Shown here piece after piece: positions 38,004-48,838 of a DNA stretch of 64,000 bases. The first letter of the stretch is position 1; each line of letters begins with the position of its first letter. The notes beneath the pieces are model-generated. The model ran no database searches. It was not told the DNA's origin and was given only the letters and a program-made list of their open reading frames with translations. The position numbers and the translations under genes are program-made. Source of the DNA: Candidatus Poribacteria bacterium (GTDB lineage: Bacteria; Poribacteria; WGA-4E; PCPOR2b); contig OZ244042.1 in assembly GCA_965215015.1 (NCBI GenBank), forward strand, positions 4,160,001-4,224,000, read 5' to 3'.

Positions 38004-38693
38004 CTAGTCAAGCGGTTTTTCAGGTTTGTAAAACAATGTGACATTCTTTCGCGGATATTCTACTTTCCAGCCGTACTGGGTTGCAATCCACGCCATCGTT
38101 TCTTGTTTGTAAAAGCAGACATGTGTGGGCTCACGATGATACCACCAGTTGGCAAAGTCCGTATCTGAATCTAGCATTTCTGTCATGATTCCTAACCACC
38201 CACCGTATCGGAGAAGTTGATCAAACTGATAAAATTCCTTCGCAGGGTGATGGAAATGCTCAACAGTTTCGGTGCAGGTGATAAAATCGTACCTACGCTC
38301 AAACGGGGTGGTATCCGGTGCGAAGTAGGGGTCGTAGATATCCATGAGAAACCCCGCCTCTTCAAGCATCACCGAAAGCGTAGGTCCCGGACCCGATCCG
38401 AAATCGAGTCCCTTTGCCTCCGTCCGTAGTTTGGGCATCAGGTGATCGGTTAGTCTACTCAAAAACTTTCGGTAGCGGCAATCTTCAGGGCTGTTTTCAT
38501 GCAACAGATACCGGGCAAGTTCATCCTCTGGAGACAGATAAAATTCTGATGCCAGGAACGTCAGGTGGCATACGTCGCAACGCCAATAGGTTTGGGTGTC
38601 AACGATAGTAAGTCGCCGAATCGGTTTAGAAAAGCAAAGGGGACAGGCTCCCACATCTACGGAATCAAGTTCGCAAACTGCGTTTTTATCCAC
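38004..38693 (-). CDS. Class I SAM-dependent methyltransferase with N-terminal Zn-ribbon
   Basis: CPLC...CDVC, GLDFGSGPGP, YDPYF, TETVEHF, PTHVCFY. Confidence 0.85.
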   Translation of the reverse strand: MDKNAVCELDSVDVGACPLCFSKPIRRLTIVDTQTYWRCDVCHLTFLASEFYLSPEDELARYLLHENSPEDCRYRKFLSRLTDHLMPKLRTEAKGLDFGSGPGPTLSVMLEEAGFLMDIYDPYFAPDTTPFERRYDFITCTETVEHFHHPAKEFYQFDQLLRYGGWLGIMTEMLDSDTDFANWWYHREPTHVCFYKQETMAWIATQYGWKVEYPRKNVTLFYKPEKPLD

Positions 38694-39412
38694 GCAATCA
38701 CCTTCTCGACCATTACCGGCGTAAATTCGTCACTGAAAACGTGGTTCGCACCTTCGAGCGTGATGAGTTGTGCCCCCTCGCCGGCTCTGGTCAAAATATC
38801 GTGAGAATCCTCGATCGGCACGACGTCATCTTCGTCGCCGTGGACCAAGAGCCAACGGACGGTGATTTGTGGAGCACGATCCACTACCGTATCAATCTGC
38901 GTCAAGTCATCCATGTAAGCTTGCGAGAGTGGACAATCCGGTTCGTCCCACATGAAGCCGGCGTTGGGGGTAACATCGCCAAATTCACGTTGTGCGAAGG
39001 CTTGGGTGTGTACCATCCCGGCGAGAGAAACTAACAACTTGATTCGATTGTCCTCGCTAGCACTCAGCACCCCGACTGCTCCGCCCATGCTGTGCCCCAC
39101 ATAGCAAATCGTGTATCCTTCCAAAACATCCAACACAGCCCTAAGATCCTCAACCTCTTTGGAGATGGTTGAGTCGATAAATTTACCTTCCGATTCGCCA
39201 TTCCCAGAGAAGGAGAATCGCAACGTAGGAAATCCCGCTGCAGCCAATTCCTCTGCTAATGCCACAATAAAAGGGCGATCTTTGTTTCCGGTTACGCCGT
39301 GTCCGAGAACAACGATGTTTTTGCAACCCCTCTCGCCTTCGTGAAGGGTGTAGTCAAGGCGTTCACCATAGCCGTTTCTAATTTCGCCAAACATAGTTAG
39401 GTATTTCTCCAC
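38657..39412 (-). CDS. Alpha/beta hydrolase
   Basis: HG, GNGESEG, GHSMGG, HGDEDDVVP, ANH. Confidence 0.88.
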   Translation of the reverse strand: MEKYLTMFGEIRNGYGERLDYTLHEGERGCKNIVVLGHGVTGNKDRPFIVALAEELAAAGFPTLRFSFSGNGESEGKFIDSTISKEVEDLRAVLDVLEGYTICYVGHSMGGAVGVLSASEDNRIKLLVSLAGMVHTQAFAQREFGDVTPNAGFMWDEPDCPLSQAYMDDLTQIDTVVDRAPQITVRWLLVHGDEDDVVPIEDSHDILTRAGEGAQLITLEGANHVFSDEFTPVMVEKVIAWIKTQFANLIP

Positions 39413-39415
39413 AGG

Positions 39416-41104
39416 TCATGAAAGATAAAGCTGCAGGTCTAATTCATCTAGCTTCGCCAGATTCTTTTTCTGCTCGGTGCGACGCTTGGCCTCTACCGAA
39501 TCAGTTTCTAGGGTGCGTTGGCTGATAGTGAGCCGCAAAGGCATCCCCAACAAATCCGCTTCCTTGAATTTGACGCCCGGACTCTCTTGACGGTCATCAT
39601 AGAGGACTTCATAACCCTGTGCACGAAGATCTGCATAGAGTGCCTCAGCCCGTTGACGCACCTCATCCCCTTTGCCGATGTGCATCAGATGGACCTGATA
39701 CGGTGCGACGGCGGGGGGCCAAATAATACCGTCCTTGTCGTGGTTCGCTTCGACAATGCTGGCAAGTAGGCGTCCAATCCCAATGCCGTAACAGCCCATA
39801 AAGAGCAGCTGCGGTCGCCCCTTTTGACTAAGATAAGTCGCGTTCATCGCTTCACTGTACTTTGTTCCCAGTTTAAAGATGTTGCCGACTTCAATTCCGC
39901 GTTTTTCGGTCAATGTTCCCCCACAATGAATACAGGTCATTCCATCTTGCGCCATCGAAATATCGGTGACGACATCCGCCTTAAAATCACGTGGGAAATT
40001 CATGTTTTTCAGATGGTGTCCCGGCTTATTGGCACCGGCGACTAGATTGGTGGTGGATGCGACTGAATCATCGACGACCACTTTGATGCCTTTCACGTCA
40101 ATTGGTGAGGCATAGCCAGCGACCAGACCGTATTGTTGCAGCTCCTTATCAGTTGAGAACCGGAGATCGGTCGCTCCTACAGCCTTCTTGAGTTTTGTTT
40201 CGCTCACTTCAATATCACCGCGAATCGCCGCGAAAATAAGATTTTCGTCCGTTGAATAGAATACCGCCTTGAGCGTTTGTGCTCTTTCGACGCCGAGGTA
40301 ATTTGCAACATCTTCGATTGTCGTTTGGTTGGGTGTCGCAATCTCTTCTATTGATTGAGGCACCCCATTATCCACCTGTGATTTTTGCATCACCGCAACT
40401 TCAGCGTTTGCCCGATAATCACAACTGTTGCAAAAGATAATTTTATCCTCGCCGGAATCCGCAATCAGCATGAACTCATGAGCCTCTGTCCCTCCGATTA
40501 TTCCGGGATCGGATTCTACCGCAATGACCTCAATTCCTGAACGATGAAAAATGTTGAGATATGTCTGATGGACTTGTGCATAGTATCTATCCAGATCTGC
40601 TTCATCGGCGTGGAAGCTATAGGCGTCTTTCATAGCAAATTCACGGACACGAATTAAGCCTGCGCGTGGCCGCGGTTCATCCCGAAATTTCAGCTTAATC
40701 TGATAGAGCATCATTGGTAGCTGCCGATAGGAATTGGTTTGATTCCTGACGAGGTCGGTGACTGCCTCTTCGTGCGTCATCGCGAGCACCAGTTTTCGCC
40801 CAAATCGATCGTCAAATCCAGCCAACTCCTTACCGACAAGCATCTCCCAGCGACCCGTTTCTTGCCATAACCCCGCAGGCTGGACAAGTGGCATATCGAT
40901 TTCCTGTCCCCCGATGAGGTCCATTTCTTCGCGGATGATGTTTTCAATCTTGCGTAAGGCACGTTGAGCGAGCGGCAGATAGCTATACATCCCCACTACG
41001 AGTCGACGAATCATGCCAGCCTGTAACAGCAGTTGATGACTGGAGATTTCCGCCTCTGATGGAATTTCTCTAAGGGTGCGACCGAATAGTTGAGATCTTC
41101 TCAT
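39416..41104 (-). CDS. proS: Proline--tRNA ligase (with editing insertion domain)
   Basis: THEE, FRDEPRPR, MKDAYSF, GANK, IEVGNIFKLG, MGCYGIG. Confidence 0.97.
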   Translation of the reverse strand: MRRSQLFGRTLREIPSEAEISSHQLLLQAGMIRRLVVGMYSYLPLAQRALRKIENIIREEMDLIGGQEIDMPLVQPAGLWQETGRWEMLVGKELAGFDDRFGRKLVLAMTHEEAVTDLVRNQTNSYRQLPMMLYQIKLKFRDEPRPRAGLIRVREFAMKDAYSFHADEADLDRYYAQVHQTYLNIFHRSGIEVIAVESDPGIIGGTEAHEFMLIADSGEDKIIFCNSCDYRANAEVAVMQKSQVDNGVPQSIEEIATPNQTTIEDVANYLGVERAQTLKAVFYSTDENLIFAAIRGDIEVSETKLKKAVGATDLRFSTDKELQQYGLVAGYASPIDVKGIKVVVDDSVASTTNLVAGANKPGHHLKNMNFPRDFKADVVTDISMAQDGMTCIHCGGTLTEKRGIEVGNIFKLGTKYSEAMNATYLSQKGRPQLLFMGCYGIGIGRLLASIVEANHDKDGIIWPPAVAPYQVHLMHIGKGDEVRQRAEALYADLRAQGYEVLYDDRQESPGVKFKEADLLGMPLRLTISQRTLETDSVEAKRRTEQKKNLAKLDELDLQLYLS

Positions 41105-41170
41105 CGTTGTAATACTTTTTCAGTGTGCAATGAATTGGCGTTCAGCGTCTAAATTCCCCAACCTGCCAAC

Positions 41171-42232
41171 TCAATCGGCGATCGACGCTGTAACCATGTC
41201 ACCGATTTGCGTTGTAGTATATCCCATCCGTCCGGCAGCGAGGTCTTTGATTTTTCCACTGGCAAGCAGGTCACTCACCGCTCCGTCAACCAAAGCTGCG
41301 CCTTCCGTTTCACCAAGATGGTCAAGCATCATGCCGGCGGCACTGATCGCTGCGATCGGGTTAATCTGGTTTTTCCCTGTGTATCGCGGAGCAGAACCGT
41401 GAATGGGTTCAAACATAGCGACGCTCTCAGGATTGAGATTGCCTGACGCAGCAATCCCCATTCCGCCTTGAATCATTGCACCAAGGTCTGTGATAATGTC
41501 GCCGAACATGTTGCAGGTCACAATGACATCAAACCATTCCGGATTTTTAACCATCCACATAGTTGTCGCATCGACGAAAGCGTAGTCCGTTTTGATGTCG
41601 GTATATTCAGCACTCACCTCATCGAAAACGCGGCGCCAGAGGTCATGTGCATACGTCAGCACATTTGCCTTATCGCACAAGGTCAGCTGCTTCACTTTAT
41701 TCCGCTTTCGAGTCAGTTCAAAGGCGTAACGGATACAGCGCTCCACCCCTTTGCGCGTATTAATCATCTCCTGAATGGCGACTTCATCAGGGGTTCCGTG
41801 CTTCAAGAATCCACCGATTCCGGCGTATAAGCCTTCCGTGTTCTCCCGAACAATGATAAAGTCAATCTCTTCAGGGCCTTTGTCTTTAATGGGTGTCCAG
41901 ACGCCGGGGTAGAGCTTGACGGGCCGAAGGTTGATATAAAGGTCTAATTCAAAGCGGGTTCGCAATAAAATCCCTTTTTCCAAGATACCCGGTGTCACAT
42001 CGGGATGGCCGATGGCACCCAAAAAGATGGCGTCCGTCCGCCGAAATTCGTCGAGCGCACTGTTTGGCAAGATTTCTCCAGTTTCGAGGTAACGCTCGCC
42101 GCCGAAGTCGTATTCAACGGTTTCGTATTTGAAGCCTGTTTTGTCCGCAGCGGCCCCGAAGACCTTCATTGCTTCATTTGTCACCTCGGGGCCAATCCCA
42201 TCGCCGGGGATGAGGGCAATTGTATACATCAA
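41171..42232 (-). CDS. leuB: 3-isopropylmalate dehydrogenase
   Basis: [43 protein letters not shown]. Confidence 0.92.
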   Translation of the reverse strand: MMYTIALIPGDGIGPEVTNEAMKVFGAAADKTGFKYETVEYDFGGERYLETGEILPNSALDEFRRTDAIFLGAIGHPDVTPGILEKGILLRTRFELDLYINLRPVKLYPGVWTPIKDKGPEEIDFIIVRENTEGLYAGIGGFLKHGTPDEVAIQEMINTRKGVERCIRYAFELTRKRNKVKQLTLCDKANVLTYAHDLWRRVFDEVSAEYTDIKTDYAFVDATTMWMVKNPEWFDVIVTCNMFGDIITDLGAMIQGGMGIAASGNLNPESVAMFEPIHGSAPRYTGKNQINPIAAISAAGMMLDHLGETEGAALVDGAVSDLLASGKIKDLAAGRMGYTTTQIGDMVTASIAD

Positions 42233-42293
42233 ATTCCTCCAGAAAATGTGGTTGAACTAAAAGTTGCTTTGAATCTTTCGACTGAGAATTTCG

Positions 42294-42653
42294 CTAGTAG
42301 TTTCCCCAGAACTGAATTTTGTTACTCTCAGGATCTGAAATATCGAAACACGCTAATCCGTCTTCTACATTTTTTAACGGTCCCAATCGCAACCCTTTCG
42401 CCTTGAGGGCATCGTGAACCACTTTTACGCTTTCGACGTGAAAGACTACCTTTTGCCTCCCGCCGTTTGGTTTACTTGCACTGTGCAAGCAGAGTTTACA
42501 CTGCCCGGTGTTAAAGCGGAAAAATCGGTGCGCCGGAGCTGGCTGATCTTCGTCAGGGTGCAATCCAACAACATCCCTGTAAAATGCAGTAACAATCCGC
42601 ATATCCTTAACAAAGAGTATGATACTTCCTATATCCATGCAATCACTCCCCAT
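42294..42653 (-). CDS. VOC/glyoxalase family protein
   Basis: LFVKDM...FYRDVVGL, FHVESV, DPESNKIQ. Confidence 0.8.
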   Translation of the reverse strand: MGSDCMDIGSIILFVKDMRIVTAFYRDVVGLHPDEDQPAPAHRFFRFNTGQCKLCLHSASKPNGGRQKVVFHVESVKVVHDALKAKGLRLGPLKNVEDGLACFDISDPESNKIQFWGNY

Positions 42654-42873
42654 GGTGTGCCGCTAGTTGGGACCTTAGTAACACAGGGAACAACAATCGT
42701 TTGAAAGGGTTCAACCGCTTAAAAACACATCTACATTTTAACACGCTTTTGTGCAGACTGACAATCTTTTTCTATATGTGCACCTTCTATGAGCTTATTG
42801 ACGTTTGGACGAACTGTGCTCTAATACACACTTATCAGAACAAAAAGCATTATCGCAGCAATGGAGACCGAAT

Positions 42874-43227
42874 ATGCAATCCGAGCCTGAGGTAATCGAG
42901 CAATTGATGCGACGCATTGCCAAAATTGTTCAACCCCTACGAATCATTTTTTGGGTTCAGCGACTCAGGGCGAGATGGAACCCCACAGCGATATTGATGG
43001 GTTTGTGGTAATACCCGAAGGCGTCTGCCGACGACGGACTGCACAGCTCCTATACCGGCAAATTAGAGGGTTAGGAGTGCCTTTCGATATTTTAATGGCA
43101 ACACCCAATGACTTAGAGCTGCACGAGGACAATATTGGTTTGATGTATCACACTGTGCTGCGGGAAAGGAGAGAAGTGTATACCGTTTGAAGAGCATGTA
43201 TCGGGAAACCCTGCAGATTGGCTCCGT
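42874..43227 (+). pseudogene. Frameshifted minimal nucleotidyltransferase followed by an N-terminal HEPN remnant
   Basis: MQSEPEVIEQL...PLRIIF then LGSATQGE...SDID in another frame (shift in T6, 42947-42952); overlapping ATA-started PFEEHVSGNPADWLR that then degenerates. Confidence 0.7.
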
Positions 43228-43304
43228 GCCCAATCACCCCAGATTTTGCTTGTGAGCAGGAACGCTCATTCAATCATGAGAGATTGCAAAAGGGGGAGAC
43301 AGCA

Positions 43305-44453
43305 TCACTCGTAGACAACCGTATTGACATGATGGGCATTAATATAGTCCCAATCCAATTCCACACCGAGCCCCGGTCCTTGCGGCACCGGCACATGTCC
43401 ATTGGCGTCAATATTCTCCAGTTCATCCGTAAATTCGGGCGGATGGATAGGCGGTTTTGTATTGCTTATTAGCGGGTGCAACAGACCCAGTTCGTAGTAA
43501 TTGGTGTTGCGGATAGCCGCGATGCAGTGGCGATGGGCTATACCTCCGCCGTGGAACTCCACATCCAAGCCGAAACCTTCAGCAGCGTGTGCTACCTTCA
43601 TTGCGCCGGTGATACCACCATCCTCGTAAGTGCCGGTTCTCACAAAATCTGTACCCCCGTTAACGATGAAGTCGACGTGCTGTTCCAGTCCAAAGATATG
43701 TTCTGTTTGCAATAGCGGTGTTTTAATTAGTTCTCGCAGTTTCCGATGACCGAAAATCGAGACCCCGCCATCTTTGTACGCGTCCTCTAGCCAGAAGAAA
43801 TTCTCAGCGTCGCATGCCCTACCCACTTTGAGCGCGTCCGCCCAGGTTTCTAACTCACAGGCAGGATCGACCATCAAGTCCATCCGATCTCCCACACGCT
43901 GTCCGACCGCGTGGATATTCGCCACCTCCCGTTCAATGGGGGCGTTCCCCCAGCCGTGAATCTTAAAGGCAGAATACCCTAACTCGGCACATTGCTCGGC
44001 AAAATCAGCAAATGCCTCAGGTGTGCTCAGTCCACCGCTTTCATCGCCGTGGTAGGTACTAGCATACGCCGGGATAGTTTTTCTCCAACCGCCGAGCAGT
44101 TGGCAAATCGGGGCATCATATACCTTGCCCGCAAAATCCCACAACGCCACATCGAGCCCACTGATAGCGGTGCGATCGGTATGGCGCAACCCCCGCTTGA
44201 GATCGTTGTATATCTTTTCACGTTCAAAGGGACTCTTTCCCAGTACATAGTGGGCGATATTTGCGGATATCTGCCGGCCGGTGGATTCACCGACAACCCC
44301 GATATCGGTATGAATCCGCAGGATTGACGACTGCATCTTATGGACATTGCCCTCGTCGTAGACGAGGTTAAAGCCGTTATAATCGGTGCCCATATCCTGA
44401 ATCTCGTATTCAAAAATTACTGTTTCGATTTTGGTAATCTTCGCATTTGCCAT
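43305..44453 (-). CDS. Mandelate racemase/muconate lactonizing enzyme family protein
   Basis: DVALWD, AYAS, FKIH, MVD, WLED, TEH, EFHG. Confidence 0.88.
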   Translation of the reverse strand: MANAKITKIETVIFEYEIQDMGTDYNGFNLVYDEGNVHKMQSSILRIHTDIGVVGESTGRQISANIAHYVLGKSPFEREKIYNDLKRGLRHTDRTAISGLDVALWDFAGKVYDAPICQLLGGWRKTIPAYASTYHGDESGGLSTPEAFADFAEQCAELGYSAFKIHGWGNAPIEREVANIHAVGQRVGDRMDLMVDPACELETWADALKVGRACDAENFFWLEDAYKDGGVSIFGHRKLRELIKTPLLQTEHIFGLEQHVDFIVNGGTDFVRTGTYEDGGITGAMKVAHAAEGFGLDVEFHGGGIAHRHCIAAIRNTNYYELGLLHPLISNTKPPIHPPEFTDELENIDANGHVPVPQGPGLGVELDWDYINAHHVNTVVYE

Positions 44454-44469
44454 TAATCTTTCTCCTTCA

Positions 44470-47430
44470 TTAGCTCCAGCTCAGTCCCTCACAATAGGCT
44501 TGATAGAGCTGACGTTTGAGATCCGCATTGACCTCCGGTTTCGATAATTTTGTATAGAGCCCCAGCTTACTATTGACGAAATCCAATAAAATTTCATCGA
44601 TCACCTGATCAAACTTATACCGTTTATTGGTATCCGTATTATCTCCCTCGATTACCTGCCGCAGTTCTTCGTTCCCGTGTACTTTTTGGTGAATGGTCTC
44701 AATGTCAACCCTATCCTCTGTTGTAAAATCTGTCTGATGGGCCTCGTTCAAGGCTTGAACGATATTGGAGAGGAAATCCTGCTCCGGCTCTCTGATTGTA
44801 ACGACATCGCTGCCAATCCCTTCGACCTCGCTATCTTTCTCCTCAAGGGAGAGTTGTAGACTGTCATGGGTTCTCTGCACACGGAACGAATCCAAGTCCA
44901 CAGATGCCAAGACATCGTGTAGGTCAGGGTGATCCCGTTTCGGCAGCTTTTTGTTCAGAGTGCGCCCGAAGATGTACAGCTTTTCCAACGCTACGTCCGT
45001 GAAGGTAATCAACTGTGAGATGTATCCGTAGAGGCGGATATAACGCTGCAAGGTAGAGCGGAATTCTTCCCGCTCATTCATTTCAAGTGCTGACCACTTC
45101 TCGACGACGCCATCGAGGATGCTCTGTAGAAGTTGATCCGGCCGACTCGAGTCATAAAAGATGCGGCAAAATTGGTCGATGGTATCCTCATCGTAGAGGT
45201 CAAAACCATCCAATTCACGCTGTAGGTCATACAACCGATTCGGGTCGGTCTCCTCTGCGAGCGTTGTGGTCTGATAGTATTGCTGAAACGCCGCCTGTAC
45301 CTGGTCCGGTTCATTCACAAAATCGAGCACCAGCGTATCCGTCTTACCGGGAGCGACACGGTTCAGGCGGCTCAAACTCTGGACACATTGAAGCCCGTCT
45401 AACCGTTTATCGACGTACATCGTCTGTAGCAGCGGCTCATCGAAACCAGTTTGAAACTTATTCGACACAATCAAAATCCGATGCTCAGGACTCTTGAAAC
45501 TGTCCGCAATCGAAACGCTCGGCGGCAACCCATTCATTCCGTCTTCCGTGTAGTCCCGCCCGTTATCGGTGTCGTGCACCGTACCGCTGAACGCCACCAG
45601 ACAACCGTAAAGGAGACCCATCTCCCGCATCCGCCTATCGAATTCCAATTTATATCTGACGCAGTGCAACCGCGACGGTGTGATCAGCATCGCCCGTCCT
45701 TTCCCTGCGATCGTCTTTGCGGTCCTTTGGGCGAAGTGCTCTAGGATAATCTGGGTCTTGGTCTCGATGCTTTGTGGCTGTAGATCAACGTAGTTGGTCA
45801 GCATCCGCAGCGTCCGCGCCTTTTCATACGCTTTATCCTCCGGCACACTCTTGACCAATTGAAAGTATCTCTTAAAGGTGGTGTAGTTCTGCAGCACGTC
45901 CAGTGTAAAGCCTTCGCTGATACTCTGATGCATTGAATAGACGTGGAACGGGACAAAATTGCCGTATTCGTCTTTCCGTCCGAACAGTTCCAACGTCTTG
46001 TTCTTTGGCGTGCCGCTGAAACCGAAGTAGGAGATATGATCCTGTGCCCTGCGCTGCTCCATCTCCTCAATAATCCGCTCGTCCATATCCGAGACTTCGT
46101 CGGCGTCCTCTTCTGCTACCCCTTCCTCAATCCCTTTCGAGAGCGAGGCTCTGAGGTTCCTTGCGGACTCACCGCTCTGCGAGGAGTGTGCTTCGTCAAC
46201 AATCACGGCGAAGGTCTTGCTTTTGAGTTTGCCAATCTCCTCGGCAATCACGCTGAATTTCTGAATCGTCGAGATGATGATGTCTTTGCCGGATTCAAGG
46301 TATCCCCGGAGCTGTGCCGAAGCTGCATCAACGGGATGCACCACGCCTGCGACCTGTTCCGCCTGCTTAATCGTCTCCTGCAGTTGCTTGTCAAGCACGC
46401 GCCGATCGGTCACGACGATGACAGAGTCAAAGATTCGATCGGTATCGGTCGGCGAACGGTACAGATGCGTGAGCAGGTGCGCCAACCACGTGATGGAGTT
46501 CGACTTGCCGCTCCCTGTGGCGTGTTGGATTAGATAGTTGTGCCCAACCCCCTCCGCAACGATAGCCTCTTTCAAACAACGAATCAGGTCGAGCTGATGG
46601 TATCGTGGGAAAATGAGCCCACGATGCTTCACATCTTTCACCCCGCCGATTTCACGGTCGTAAACCTTTTCCGTAACCTCCTGCTCATGGATAAAGTTGT
46701 CCATGAGCTCCATCAGATTATCGGGTTGTAGGATGTCCTCCCACAGGTAGGCGACCTTGTGACCGTTTGGATTCACCGGGTTTTCGATACCTTTGTTAAA
46801 TGGAAAGAATCGTGTCCCGTCCCCCTGTAATCGCGTCGTCATCGAGACCTTTTCGACGCCCACCGCAAAGTGAACCAGACACCGCCTGAATTGGAACAAC
46901 GGCTCTCTCGGATCTCGGTCAATCCGGTACTGTTTCTCCGCATCTGTCACCACCTGCCCGGTGAGGCTGTTTTTCAGTTCCATCGTCACTAACGGCAGCC
47001 CGTTGAGGAACAACGCCATATCAACCGATTTTTCGTTCCGCTGTGAATACTTCAGCTGCCGAATCAGAGAGAATCGGTTCTGATCGTAGAGGGCCTGATG
47101 GGTGGGATTCATGCCACTTGACGGACGAAAGTAGGTCAGGTCAAAGTAACACCCTCTATCTTTAACACCTTTCCGCAGTACATCCAACACCCCTCGCCGC
47201 TCTATCTCTTTATTCACACGGTTGAGCAGGCTAACCTGTGTCTTCCCCTTGTACTGGCGTTCCAGTTTCTGATACTCCTTCGGTTGTGTATCTCGAATAA
47301 ATTGCAGCGTTTCATTGGGTATCAAACAAAGGTCTTTATTATAGAGGGCAGGCTGTCGAGAGCGGTAGCCGGACCGATTCAGGTGTGCTTCGATGTGATC
47401 CTCAAAATCTGCTTCTTTATACGTCGGCAT
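44470..47430 (-). CDS. hsdR: Type I restriction endonuclease subunit R
   Basis: D...NGLPLVTMELKN, HATGSGKS, VTDRRVLD, DEAHSSQ, FSGTPK, KFQTGFDEP, QSLSRLNR. Confidence 0.95.
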   Translation of the reverse strand: MPTYKEADFEDHIEAHLNRSGYRSRQPALYNKDLCLIPNETLQFIRDTQPKEYQKLERQYKGKTQVSLLNRVNKEIERRGVLDVLRKGVKDRGCYFDLTYFRPSSGMNPTHQALYDQNRFSLIRQLKYSQRNEKSVDMALFLNGLPLVTMELKNSLTGQVVTDAEKQYRIDRDPREPLFQFRRCLVHFAVGVEKVSMTTRLQGDGTRFFPFNKGIENPVNPNGHKVAYLWEDILQPDNLMELMDNFIHEQEVTEKVYDREIGGVKDVKHRGLIFPRYHQLDLIRCLKEAIVAEGVGHNYLIQHATGSGKSNSITWLAHLLTHLYRSPTDTDRIFDSVIVVTDRRVLDKQLQETIKQAEQVAGVVHPVDAASAQLRGYLESGKDIIISTIQKFSVIAEEIGKLKSKTFAVIVDEAHSSQSGESARNLRASLSKGIEEGVAEEDADEVSDMDERIIEEMEQRRAQDHISYFGFSGTPKNKTLELFGRKDEYGNFVPFHVYSMHQSISEGFTLDVLQNYTTFKRYFQLVKSVPEDKAYEKARTLRMLTNYVDLQPQSIETKTQIILEHFAQRTAKTIAGKGRAMLITPSRLHCVRYKLEFDRRMREMGLLYGCLVAFSGTVHDTDNGRDYTEDGMNGLPPSVSIADSFKSPEHRILIVSNKFQTGFDEPLLQTMYVDKRLDGLQCVQSLSRLNRVAPGKTDTLVLDFVNEPDQVQAAFQQYYQTTTLAEETDPNRLYDLQRELDGFDLYDEDTIDQFCRIFYDSSRPDQLLQSILDGVVEKWSALEMNEREEFRSTLQRYIRLYGYISQLITFTDVALEKLYIFGRTLNKKLPKRDHPDLHDVLASVDLDSFRVQRTHDSLQLSLEEKDSEVEGIGSDVVTIREPEQDFLSNIVQALNEAHQTDFTTEDRVDIETIHQKVHGNEELRQVIEGDNTDTNKRYKFDQVIDEILLDFVNSKLGLYTKLSKPEVNADLKRQLYQAYCEGLSWS

Positions 47431-47433
47431 GGT

Positions 47434-48711
47434 CTACACCTCGTTTCGGACATCTATCTTGCCGGTCACCACTTCGGAGATGAGGGATTGGCGGTACTCT
47501 TTGAGGAGTTCAATTTTTCGCTGCTCTGCGGCTATCAGTTTATCAATCTGTCCTGTCTTGCGGTCAAGGAAGTTGGCGATTTGGATTTGTTCGGAAAATG
47601 AGGCTAGAGGGATTTGTGCATTCAGAATGTCATCAACGTCTGTTCGTGGCATTTTCACTCCCTTGGATATAGAATTACAGTATTCAATGAAACGGCAGGA
47701 TAGCATCAGATAGAAGAGATGTTTACCTGAGTCTTGTAAAGAGGGTCTTATTACTATCATTTCACCGAGGGAGTAACCGTTATATTCTGTAAAAACCACC
47801 TTGCTGAGGTAAACGCGCAGTTTGTTGAATAACAGATCGCCAGCTTGGAATTTCACACCAGTGGAATCATAGGAACTGTAAAGATCAAGGACTTTGCCTG
47901 TTTCCGATTCAACATTTTCAGGTGAAATTTTTATAGCATCTATCTCAGGTGTCGATTTCTGGCTTACAAAGGTTGCGATATGTCTTATTTTCGTTATTTC
48001 CCAATGCTTTGGTATCTTCCCAATCCACTCCACCCCCGACGGTTTCATCTCCACATTCGGGTCAAGCCCCTGGGTTACCACCTGATTTATCACGACAGTT
48101 CGTTGTTCTTGCAGCAGTTCTACCAGTCGTTCTTTGATGCGGATGAGCTCGTCAATCTGTCCTGTCTTGCGGTCGAGGAAGTTAACAATTTGGATTTTTT
48201 CTCGGTGCAAAGGAATAGGGAGTTGAAAATTTGAGTACTTTTCACCATTAACATTCTGGATTGTCGAAATGATTACCTGCTGCTCAAGCCAATTCCTATA
48301 AAAGTGTGATAGTGTCACGTAATAGATGAATTTTGATGTACAGTAATCACCAAAATTAAACCTAACGAGATAGCCGGCACTAGTGTGTTTGTCTCCTTTG
48401 AGGTGTAGGTAAGATTTTCCTACTGTCCCACTACGAGACAAAAGCAAGTCATAACTATTAAGGACCTGTTCTTGAGGAACACAATCTTCAGACAAATAAA
48501 CTCCCTTCTGTCGGAGACCTCCACTTTCATCAATATCAGTAACTCTGATTAACCGGATCCCTTCTGTAGTATACCTATCCGCCTCAATATTCAGACCATA
48601 AGTCACCGGGATATTGGAAACATATTTCAATCTTGTGAGCGTCCAGTGTTTTGGTATCTCCCCAATCCACTCGACACCGCTCTCTTTATATTCAGGATAA
48701 CGCCTCATCAT
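47434..48711 (-). CDS. hsdS: Type I restriction-modification specificity subunit S
   Basis: Two TRDs with repeated SGVEWIG(E/K)IPKHW and FLDRKTGQID blocks; SLISEVVTGK. Confidence 0.95.
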   Translation of the reverse strand: MMRRYPEYKESGVEWIGEIPKHWTLTRLKYVSNIPVTYGLNIEADRYTTEGIRLIRVTDIDESGGLRQKGVYLSEDCVPQEQVLNSYDLLLSRSGTVGKSYLHLKGDKHTSAGYLVRFNFGDYCTSKFIYYVTLSHFYRNWLEQQVIISTIQNVNGEKYSNFQLPIPLHREKIQIVNFLDRKTGQIDELIRIKERLVELLQEQRTVVINQVVTQGLDPNVEMKPSGVEWIGKIPKHWEITKIRHIATFVSQKSTPEIDAIKISPENVESETGKVLDLYSSYDSTGVKFQAGDLLFNKLRVYLSKVVFTEYNGYSLGEMIVIRPSLQDSGKHLFYLMLSCRFIEYCNSISKGVKMPRTDVDDILNAQIPLASFSEQIQIANFLDRKTGQIDKLIAAEQRKIELLKEYRQSLISEVVTGKIDVRNEV

Positions 48712-48717
48712 TCTAAG

Positions 48718-48759
48718 CCTCGCTCAGCAAACTTTCACTGTCTTGTTCAAGCACTAGCA
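48718..48759 (-). pseudogene. Relic duplicate of the hsdM 3' end
   Basis: Reads LVLEQDSESLLSE versus the hsdM tail LTLERKSEGLLNE; 27/42 ungapped nt identity to 52899-52940 by my manual count. Confidence 0.55.
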
Positions 48760-48838
48760 ACTAACCAATAAGCTCCTTCAGTGAGCACAGCGGTGTGTAC
48801 TAAACTTAAACAGTAATTTTGATTAAAAGCGTATCTGT

